Source of the DNA: Rebecca billardiae RCC1528
Lineage: Eukaryota; Protista; Haptophyta
Length of the DNA: 64,000 bases
Direction of reading: 5' to 3'
Assembly (NCBI GenBank): GCA_965240325.2
Contig: OZ251240.1
Location: forward strand, 806,001 to 870,000
The notes under the pieces: generated by a model
What the model was told of the DNA's origin: nothing
The model's database searches: none
Seen by the model: only the letters and a program-made list of their open reading frames with translations
Shown here: piece by piece, positions 11,336 through 21,201 of the stretch
Position numbering within the stretch: the first letter of the stretch is position 1
Layout of the letters: each line of letters starts with the position of its first letter
Translations under genes and position numbers: made by a program

Positions 11336-12268
11336 GCCCTGCCCGGCGCCCGACGGGAAGATTTCAATCTCGATCGCCCCCTCCTCGAGCAGGCCGGGGT
11401 CGGCGGCGTGGAGCGCAGCCAGGAGACGCGGGGTGAGGTCGTGCCCGGCGCGGTCGACGCAGCGCGCGCTCGCGAGCGGCTGCGCGCACGGCGCCATGTT
11501 CTCGACCACGCCCAGCACCTGCAGCGCCGTTTTCTTGCAGAAATTCAATTCCTTGCGCACGTCCGCCATCGACGCCTCCTGTGGCGTGGTGACGACGACG
11601 GCGCCGTCGCGCGGGCCGAGCGCGCGCTTGAGGTACTGCACAGCGGAGATGTGCTCGTCTGACGTGCCTGGCGGCGTGTCGATTAGCAGCACGTCCAGCT
11701 CGCCCCACTCCACGTCGGTCAGAAATTGCTTGATCAGACCGTTCTTCCGAGGCCCGCGCCAGATCACCGCATCGTCGGCGTCCGGCAGGAGGAAGCCGAT
11801 GCTCATGACGCCGAGCTCGCCGTCCGCCTCGTCGTCGGCCGCCACCGCCGCCGCCTCACCGCCGCCCTCGCCGCCCGCCGCGGGCACAGGCACCCACACC
11901 GGAGACCAGCCGCTGCCCGAGGAATGCACCGCCTCGCCGCGCACGCCGAGCATCAGCGGTACGCTCGGGCCGCAGATGTCGATGTCGAGGAGGCCGACGC
12001 GGAGCCCGCGGCGGGCGAGGCCAAATGCAAGTTGCGACGCCACCGTGCTCTTCCCCACGCCGCCCTTGCCGGAGAGCACGAGCACCTTGCGCCGCACGCA
12101 CTCGAGCTGCTTCGCCACCTCCGCGATCGCCGGGTCCTCCTCGCGCGCGGCGCCCGAGGCGCACACCTTCTGGTTGGGGCAGCCCTCGCACGCGCTCGCC
12201 TTGCCGGCCTGCTCCGACTGCGGCCCGACGCAGTCCTCCGGCTGCGGGTGCTCCAGCGGCGTGCTCAT
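10943..12268 (-). CDS. NBP35: Cytosolic Fe-S cluster assembly factor NBP35/NUBP1 (Mrp/MinD P-loop ATPase)
   Basis: N-terminal C-x13-CxxC-x5-C ([25 protein letters not shown]), [58 protein letters not shown]. Confidence 0.95.
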
Positions 12269-12436
12269 CGCGCGGGAAGTCAGGCACAGGGGCGGGAGTG
12301 TGCGGCGTGGCGGTCGTGAACGAGGTCCAAGTGGCCCGCGTGAGCGCGTCCGGTTCACCCGCGCGGGGCCGCTCGCCACAGCTCAAAGCTGGTCTGCTGG
12401 TCGGCGTTCACTCCCGGCCCGGGCGGCATTGCGGCC

Positions 12437-13876
12437 ATGATGCGTGCGTCCGCGCTGAAGTGCGGCCTCCTAGCCGCCCTCGCACACGCTGCGGCGGGGA
12501 TGGCGACGGGCGGCAGGGCATCACGCGTGCGTCTCCCGGCGAACGCGGATGGCGCGTTCTACGTCGACTCGTCGTGCATCGGTGCGCGGCATGCGCGATG
12601 CGACGCGTGCGCTCGCGCGTGCCATCCTATCCCATCAAAGCGAAAAGCTGACAGCGCTTGCCCTGGCTCTACTTCGCGCTGGCCGGCTGGGCGGCCGGCC
12701 AGACTGCGACACGTGCCGCTGGGTCGCCCCCGCCATCTTTGGGCGCGCCGATGGGCAGAGCTATGTCGCCCAGCAGCCGACGGACGGCGCAGCGCGCACG
12801 CTCGCGTGCGCTGCAGCTGTCGCGTGTCCAACTGGCTCGATCCGAAGCAATCCGGCCCAGCCCGAGGCGCGCGCGGTGGCCGCTGGCTACTTCCCGGCGC
12901 AGGTAGACGCGGCGCGCATGCCAAACGTGTACCACCTCGGCTACCACGCGCCGCACTCCTTCGGCGCGGCGCCGTACCTCGTAGCGAGCGCCGACGGTCG
13001 CACGGGCGGTGTGATGGTCGACTCCCCGCGATACTCGTCAGCTCTCGCGCGCCGGGTGCAGGCGCTGTGTGGCGGAGACGGGCCGGAGTGGATGCTCCTC
13101 ACGCACATCGACGACGTGGCGGATCACAACAAGTGCGGCGCGCGCTACATCCTTCGCGCCCGCGCCCGCCAAGCCCGCACGCCCTCTCCGTCTGCCCTCA
13201 GGCTGGCTGGCACATACTGTATCGGCTGCTGCACTCCGAATGCGCGCTCAGCCGACCTCGGGGCGCCGTGCGTGGCGCCGCGCCGCACGCGACCACGCGG
13301 TGCAGGTGGAAGGAGCGCTTCCCGCGCATGCGCCGCGTGCTGCACGCGCTCGAGGTGCGCGGCCCGGACGCTTGGCCGTACATCGAGACGCGTAGCATCG
13401 AGGTGCAGCTGGGCCCGGCGCGCGCGCACGCGCCGAGCGCTCCGCCCACCGCCTTGCCGCGCTGGGGGGCGGGGGCCGAGCCCGCCTCGGCTGGCGATGC
13501 CGTGCCGCTCGCGCCTGGAGTGACGGCCATCCACACGCCGGGCCACACGGACGGCTCGGTCTGCTACCTCGTCGCGCCCGAGCTCAGCGGCGGCGACGGC
13601 GTTCTCTTCACAGGCGACCACTTTGCCCTCTCAGGCCGGCTCGGCCGGCTGGATGGGTTTGCGCGGTACAGCCGCGACACGACTCAGCAGGCCGCGTCGA
13701 TGCGCGCGCTCGCGACCGAGCCCTTCTTGCACGTGCTGCCGGGGCACGGCCGGCGGTACTCGTTTGCGGACGACGCGGCCCGCGAAGCCGAGCTGACCGC
13801 AGCCGCAGATGCGTACGAGCGCGACCCGAAGGGCGTGCACGCCCCGGGGCCGATCTTCACGCAGCCTGCTGCCTAA
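12437..13876 (+). CDS. Ferredoxin-like + metallo-beta-lactamase-fold hydrolase; exons 12437-12581, 12703-13132, 13306-13876
   Basis: Spliced ANADGAFYVDSSCIDCDTCRWVAP...ACPTGSI, then SFGAAPYLV, MVDSPRY, LTHIDDVADH, HTPGHTDGS, LFTGDH and LPGHG. N-terminal signal-like peptide. Confidence 0.85.
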   Translation: MMRASALKCGLLAALAHAAAGMATGGRASRVRLPANADGAFYVDSSCIGARHARCDACARACHPIPSKRKADSACPGSTSRWPAGRPARLRHVPLGRPRHLWARRWAELCRPAADGRRSAHARVRCSCRVSNWLDPKQSGPARGARGGRWLLPGAGRRGAHAKRVPPRLPRAALLRRGAVPRSERRRSHGRCDGRLPAILVSSRAPGAGAVWRRRAGVDAPHAHRRRGGSQQVRRALHPSRPRPPSPHALSVCPQAGWHILYRLLHSECALSRPRGAVRGAAPHATTRCRWKERFPRMRRVLHALEVRGPDAWPYIETRSIEVQLGPARAHAPSAPPTALPRWGAGAEPASAGDAVPLAPGVTAIHTPGHTDGSVCYLVAPELSGGDGVLFTGDHFALSGRLGRLDGFARYSRDTTQQAASMRALATEPFLHVLPGHGRRYSFADDAAREAELTAAADAYERDPKGVHAPGPIFTQPAA

Positions 13877-14399
13877 TCAGCCAGTCAGCATCACTCGGTC
13901 GCCGTCAGTCGCCGGCCAGCGCTGGCACTGTACTACCCGATGACAGTGTCACACGATCCGACGCCGTGACCCGCGCCGCTCACGCTGTCACAGGACGACA
14001 CAGCCCACTGCTCAATAATCACTAATCACTATTCACTAAGCTAACTTACGACATGATACTCACATGATACATCATGTATCATAGTGCCTTCGACGGACCA
14101 GCAAGGCTTCGGAGTTCCGCGAGGTCTCCGCTGGTACCAGCAATGTTATGGCCGACGCCAAGACTGTATGTCAGTGCATCTGACTTCTGCTGAGTGCCGC
14201 TACTGCAAGCTCTGCTGTCTGCTATCTATAAGGCGCCGCGGTCGCGTCTCGCGATCTGTGCAACGTGAACGCGTGACACCCACTTTACTACCAGTACATG
14301 CAGCGCACACGAGTCTAACATGGCAGCAGGAACGCAGCATGGGAACTGCACCCACGAGGTTGGCAAAGGCACGCCTGCACATGTAGCACCTCGTGGCGG

Positions 14400-14784
14400 T
14401 CAACCTGCAGCATCAGCAGCTGCGGCCTGCGTTTTTGCCGCGTGCTGTTCAGGCGTCCACGTCTTCATCGTCAGCGCGTGGATCTCGTCCATCTCGCTAC
14501 CCAGGGCTGCGTGGACTTCACGATGACGCTCGAGAAGCTTCTTGCCCTGCGATCGCGGGAACGGTGCCGGGGACAAGGTGCGCATGTGTTAGTGTTGTAA
14601 GGATCTGCAGGACCAGCCGACCAGCACGCGCAGACGAGCATGCACCGACCTCGAACACGGTCGACACAAGGATGAGCTCAAATTTGGAGCCGCAGCCGTC
14701 GCTCGAATCTGTCACCTCGAGATGTGAGGGCTGCAGCGCGCTCGCACGCAGGATCTCCTCGACCTTTGCCGCGGAAGACGGCAT
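14400..14784 (-). CDS. bolA: BolA-family protein (BolA2-like); exons 14784-14650 and 14546-14400
   Basis: Spliced product MPSSAAKVEEILRASALQPSHLEVTDSSDGCGSKFELILVSTVFE/GKKLLERHREVHAALGSEMDEIHALTMKTWTPEQ contains the GCG and ERH..V...L...IHAL motifs. Confidence 0.88.
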
Positions 14785-14873
14785 CACACCGGACAACGGG
14801 GAGGACGTGGAACCGGGCGACGACTCGTCGCCTCGAATCACGATGGCGCGGACGAAGTTACGACGAAATACTT

Positions 14874-16000
14874 CAAGGGCGTTCCCGGGATCCTGCCACA
14901 CGCTCCGAACGGCATGCCCCCCCCTGGGGGGGGCATGGCTACCGGACTGGCGCTGCGCCAGTGGCGGCCGCCAACCCGGACTGCGGCGCACCAGCGCTTG
15001 GCGCGCGCGCGGCGCGGCGCGCTGCGGCCGTCGAGTTGCCGTGCGAAGGCGGCGCGTTGCGTGCGTGGCATCGGAACGCTACCGTGTTCCGCACTGCGCC
15101 CCGCAGCTCGCTCCTCGTCGACTTCGCCGCGCCTACGATCAGCGCGCATGCGAGCGTCGCCTCGGAATGAGCAGCCCGCGCCGGCCTCAGCCGTGAGCGC
15201 CCGCCTGGCGCGCGATGCGATCAACTCGGAGCACGAGCTGTTGCTGGGCGAGGAAGCATGTGCCTGCGCGCAAGCCTCGCCGCCTTGAGACACCGATCGT
15301 GAGCAGGGCATGCACCTTGCACGCAACTATTCTTCTTGCCCTTGCGAATGTCGCGGTGCCCTTGAAAGGACTCCTCATCAGAGCAACTACTCAAGCATGG
15401 CATGACAGCAGCCACGCGCGCAGGCGATGCATACAGATGTACACAAGCCGCTGCGCGCACACGCAACCCGAAGACTCCTATTCATCACTTCAGGGCGCTC
15501 ACGGTCTGTTGTTTCATCTCCACTGCATGCAAGGCTCGTGCAGGCTGATGGGCATTCGTCGACAGCCGTCTGAAGCTGCATCCACGCGCACGATCGGTGT
15601 CTCAAGGCGGCGAGGCTTGCGGGCAGGCACATGCTTCCTCGCCCAGCCGCAGCTCGTGCTCCGAGTTGATCGCATCGCGCGCCAGGCGGGCGCTCACGGC
15701 TGAGGCCGGCGCGGGCTGCTCATTCCGAGGCGACGCTCGCATGCGCGCTGATCGTAGGCGCGGCGAAGTCGACGAGGAGCGAGCTGCGGGGCGCAGTGCG
15801 GAACACGGTAGCGTTCCGATGCCACGCACGCAACGCGCCGCCTTCGCACGGCAACTCGACGGCCGCAGCGCGCCGCGCCGCGCGCGCGCCAAGCGCCCAT
15901 CGAGGCCAGCGCGCCTCGCGAAGCGCGCTTTCATTTTCCCGCGCTTTGTTTTCGCGCGTGAGTTTTTATTGGCGCATGACCCGCGCGGGGAACGCCCCTG
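14874..16000. mobile_element. Foldback element 1: ~308-bp internal inverted arms (14994-15301 / 15589-15896) with short CAAGGGCGTTCCC...GGGAACGCCCCTG termini
   Basis: The arms are near-perfect reverse complements around a 287-bp spacer. The left terminus recurs at 25380. No TSD found. Confidence 0.65.
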
Positions 16001-16079
16001 AGAGATGATCGGCTACGCCGATCTTCGGGTAGTAAACAACGAGGTTGAGGGCGCACGGCCCTAGCTAGTTCCGCGCGTG

Positions 16080-16170
16080 GCTGCGTGCGCCAGCTGCGCG
16101 CACCCGCTGCGCCCGCGTTGAGCCCGTGCAAGCGCCGCGCCTCGAGCCTCACACGCAGCGGCTCGACACC
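16080..16170. repeat. Isolated fragment of the element B/C interior
   Basis: CTGCGTGCGCCAGCTGCGCGCACCCGCTGCGCCCGCGT...CTCGAGC...CTCGACAC matches ~8538-8625 and ~18852-18940. Confidence 0.7.
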
Positions 16171-18002
16171 GAGCCGCATGGCAGTGTCGCTCGTGCGCCT
16201 CGGCCCGTGATCAGTCTCAGCTCTGAGGCGCGCTCTCAGGAGGGCTGCGGCCGGGCCGAGCGCGATCTGCGCAGACGGTACAGCCCCGAGCCCGTGGCGG
16301 CTCATGGCAGCCCGAGCCCAATTCCCGCAAAGCCCGGCGCCTCCGCCATCCGCGTCACAGTCGGGGCGCTCCAGGCTCCACGGCCTCTTACTTACGCGTG
16401 CTGCGCTGCAGCCGTGCTCGGCCGAACGACGCCCGCCGAGCCCGCCGAGCACGCGGCTGATGAGCAGTGGTAGCCAGGCGAAGCCGTCGTCGCGGGCGAA
16501 GCTGCGCTGGGTGATGCGGCTTGACGGCCCACAGGCGGCTCACCCGGCTCGTCAGCCGTCTGACGCGTAGCGCGTCGACAAATGGCTGCTGACGGCGTAA
16601 AATCGGCCTGAGCGGCGGATGAAACGGCTGAAAGGCGAGACCACGACGCCACCCAACTGGCGCACGCGCGTGCGGCCGGCGGTGCGGCGCAGCTCGGTCA
16701 CTGCCACCGCTCCCGCGGGCTGCTCACGCCGAGCGCTGTGTTGGCAGCTGCAAGCTGATCGTGCGCTCGCCGCTCCCAGACGAGATCGGTCGAGATCGTG
16801 GGAGCAGACGAGCGGACCATCGCGCAGCAAGATGCAGCGAGCACGCAGACACTTGCGCTGCCCTCTCCTCGTGCGCCTGCGCCAGCCACAGTCTCGAACA
16901 CCAGCAGAACGGAGCTTGCACCGAAAAGGCTGCGCGACGGGCGCGCACGCGCGTGGACGCGGGTCGGCAGGGCGGGGCGCGCGGGGTGAGCGAGGCACGA
17001 ATGCGATGCCGACGGCCGTTGGGACCCGCCGCAGCTGCGCGCACCTGCGCTGAGTCTGTCGGATTGAACGATCGTGCGGCAGCGGCCTGCGTGGGCGGTG
17101 GACACCCTCCGAGCTGCCTCGGTTCAGCACTCTCTCAACTCCTTCCTGCCACTGCCTGCGCGACCATGGTACATCATCAAGGGAGATATTATAATGATAC
17201 TGCAATCTCGCCTGCCTGAGCTGTGTGCGTCTCTTATTCTTAGTAGTAAAATGTTAACCAAGTGTGCACGTTAATAATAGTAAACTGTACTTTACTTCGC
17301 GGGCCACCCGGCACCCAGTGCCCACTTGGGTATTTTGAGCGCCTTCCGGCTTTAAAAGATATTACCCGTGTATGAATCAAGGGTAATCAAGGGGCTTTTA
17401 ACAAGGGGCTTAACGAGTTAACGGCCTTAACCTGATGATATCCGCCACTGAGAAGCGACGGTTCATGAATCATGACTTCAGATGCCGGCATAATAATTCT
17501 TTACTTCATCAAGCGACATTATAAAATCTGACTCAACCTCTCTTTTCTATGTTTGGCGAGCTGTTTCAGGCTCTTACAATTCAAGCATCTTTCTATGACG
17601 GAATGTTCGAACACACGGCTGGTGTTATGTGCTATTCCACCCGGCATTCCCCTAAGTGTTACTATCGTTAAAATTAGCATCCACTACAAACGCAATCATT
17701 GGCAGCGAAATCCACTTATACGTACGCTCACACCTAACCGTAAGGCCACCCACAAAAAATCCCAAAATCCTGCGCGCATCCTCTTTTTGATTTTGCGGTG
17801 CACGTGCGCCGCCCCCCCCCGGCTTTCGCTCACGCTCAGACCTTTCGGGGGGGGGGGGGGGGGGCGTGCGCCATCATCTACTTCAATGTAATACACTGGT
17901 CTGAACACTGCAGTGCAACCTACCGTGTATTGTAGCTTATAATAAGGATGGCGCGCGGCAACCTGCCACCGTGAGCCTTACGCACGTTAAAACAAATTAT
18001 TA

Positions 18003-20413
18003 TTATGACCGCGTTCCGCGGTCCTTCCGTAGAACCAACGTAGTTAGGGGCCCGCGGTGCACCCTCCGTCGGCATATGCTGTCCGTCCAACGCGCGGCCG
18101 TAGCGGCAGCAGCAGCGCGGAGCGCCGTCGAGCACGCGCAGGCAAATGAATAATGGAATACTATGCAGCGCGGGCGAGTCGACGGTCTGGAAAATGCGCG
18201 ATCACGCCACAGCAGGCTGGCAGAGCCCGCCCCGAGCTGCAGCATGCGCCGTAGGTGCTGCCCCAAGCTCTCGACTGCCCGTAAGCGGCGGCATGTGCGC
18301 CGGCGCCGGCGGCGGCCATGCTGCCCCGCCGTTGCGCGCCGCGGGGCGCTGCCAGCACCTCCGTGGTGAAGCGCACAGCGCTCGAGCCCACAGGGGCTGG
18401 CGACCGTCAAACCGATACCCCATGACACGGGCCGGGGCTGCGTGTGCCAGCTGCACGCACCCCCTGGGCCCACCTGGCCCGCTCGAGCAGCTCGCGCCTT
18501 GGGTGCGCACAGCGGCTCGAGTATACTGGTATGGGACGCCTGCTGCGGTGCCGCCGAGCGAGCACGTGCGGCCGAGGGTCACGCAGCACGGGCGACTCGA
18601 CGGCGGCGAGCAGGCGCGACGGCCTCGCCGCGCCGCGGTAGAGCCTGCCCGGGCTGCAGCACGCCGTAGGAGCAGCCCAGCGCCCTCCTCCGCCCTCCAG
18701 CTTCGGCGCGCGCAGCAGGCCCGGCGGCGGACATGCTGGCGTGCCCAAGCAAGCAGGCAGATGGGCGCTGCCGGCCGCGCCGTCGCAAAGCGCGCAGAAC
18801 TCGAGCTCGGGGGGGCGGACGGCCGCCAAACTGGCGCCGCAGGACGTGGCACTGCGTGCGCCAGCTGCGCGCACCCGCTGCGCCCGCGTAGCCCGTGCGA
18901 GCGCCGCGCCTCGAGCACACGCCGCAGCAGCTCGACACAGCCACTGCAGCGCGCACGCAGCCTGCACGGAGTGCACGCCGTGGCCCGTCGGCATCTTGGA
19001 AGCCGCCGAGAGCGTGTGCTTTCCCCGCACGACGGCGGTAGCTGCCGCGATGTATACGAGCGTGCTGCCGCGCCGGCCGCCGCTGCCCGGCCGCTGCGCC
19101 GGCTTCCACTCCGCGCCCGCTGCGCGTCCGCAGCTCGGGCAGCTGCGCCCGCCGTCAGCCGGCCCGGTGGCCAGCTGCCGCGCTCGCTGGGCGACGACTC
19201 GATGATGCGCGCAGCGTAAAGTGCGCGCTGGGCACCTCCTCGTCGCGTGCAATTTCGAGGTAGTCCTGCATCTGCTCCTGCATCAGCCCCTCCCACCCTG
19301 CGCGCGGGCGCGGACGGAGTCGCACGCACGCGGTCCGATCGACGATCGATCGAGGCGCGGGCCGCGGCGGGACCGGGGCGTCGACGCGCAGGTTAGGTAG
19401 GTATGGTGCCGGCGCTTCCCGCAGGCGTTGCGCGCTTGGGGCGAGTGGGGCGCGTGGGCGAGACCAGCGGCCAGCCAGCCCACGCCACCGGCGCGAGGGC
19501 ACCGGCGCGGCGCGCACACACACTTTGGGCCGCGCGGACCTGGTCGCGGGGCCGCCGCGCGGCTGCGTGACCGGCAGCTGTGAGTGAGCTGATCGAGTGA
19601 GCAAGCCGAATGCGCGTCCGGAGGTACCTGCAGGCGCGCTCGGGGAGGGCCGAGGGCGATAGGTCGAGACCAGCGGCCGGCCGGCACCCGTCGCGCACGC
19701 ACTCGGTGCGCGCCTTTGAAGGCGGCATCCTCGCTCGGGCCGATGTCGTCGCGCCGCTCGCGAGCACGAGACAGCTGACAGGCGGGTAACTTGGTTGTGA
19801 CAAGCGCTATTCAAAAGAATATCTTTCAATATTATCAAGGCGGTTCATCCATCGAGGCAAGCGGGTAACTGGCTTAAAATAGCGCTATTCAAAAGAATCT
19901 CTTTAATATGACGAGGAGGTTCATCCAACGAGACAGGTGGGTAACTTGGTTTAAAAGCGCTATTCAAAAGAATCTCTTTCAATACCATGAGGCGGTTCAT
20001 CCATCGAGACAGGCGGGTAACTTCTTTTCGCAAGCGCTATTCAAAAGAATCTGGCCTCATAGCTGTTTTCGACCCAAAACAATCAAACGTCGCTCGGCAA
20101 ACTCGTACTCCACTCCAGCATACAAGAAGGACAAAAATACTCACTTGTTTCACCCCCGGGGTATCTGATCCCACGTCCGTCCATCGACTTATGCGGAATG
20201 GCGTGGGCGCGCTTATTTCGTCAAGCGCGTAGTTGCTAATGCAGAGCACTATGGGCCAACGTACCCCTCGAAAAATCGAAAACTCACCCTCCAACAGCCC
20301 TCAAAATCGTCCCCCATCCCCTTTTCTTTGATCAAAAGATCTTTTTGACAACGTAGTGAGGGCCCCCGGCGGGGCTCCACGCTACGCGCTCCGCCCTGCA
20401 CCGCGGGCCATAA
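18003..20413 (-). mobile_element. Helitron2-like element, copy C
   Basis: TTATGACCGCG...CCGCGGGCCATAA ends; colinear with copy B minus its duplications. Confidence 0.75.
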
Positions 20414-21201
20414 ACTGTAGTCCTACCTGTGTCAAATCATAGAATGAGTACCCATCGCGTTTTGGTCATGACTCATGTGTGCAGGCAGGCTCACAGTTAG
20501 TAGTCTGCGCAACGATGCCCGACTCGTGTCGCACACATGAATGACATCCTCTACCTCCATAGCCGCACAAGTGAAAGACAGGCGCCTCACCGCCCGGGCC
20601 AGTGGCCCGGACCCCAGACCAGCTGCTGGGCTCGCCGACAGTCCCCAGTCCCGCCTCCGTCCCCTTCCCCGCGCAGGGATCGGCTAGTGGCTGGCCCTCC
20701 GTGCCCATAATGGGGCACCCTAGGTAGTTATGGGGTGCCCCTTCTGCCAACTCGGCTCACACTCGATGCCAGTCGAATTGCAAGCGGCAGTGCCATTGCC
20801 ACTCGCACTGCTTGTCATACCCCGCCGGGACCACCCCGCAGGGTTGGGCACTTGGGGGGCTTGTATGCTGTTAATGTTATTATTGGCAATGGCATACCCC
20901 CGCCCCCGCCTCTGGAGGCGGGCTGTCCACAGTGCAGTGCTGCCAGGGCACTACGGCAGTATACGGGTGCCTCGGACTCGCGGGTATATATATATATATA
21001 GCAGTATGGTTTGAGAGATCGAGAGTATTGGACGTGCGCGGCGGGGCCGCCCGTGTGGCCCGTGGTGGTACTCCGTCCAGTTGGTCTAACTGGGGGCCGT
21101 GGCTAGGGTAGGACTGGAGGCTTCGTCCGCCAGTCTGATCACCCGGAGCCCGTTATGAAGGGGAATTTATTACAGTGAAGAATATGAATACGTACAGCAC
21201 C

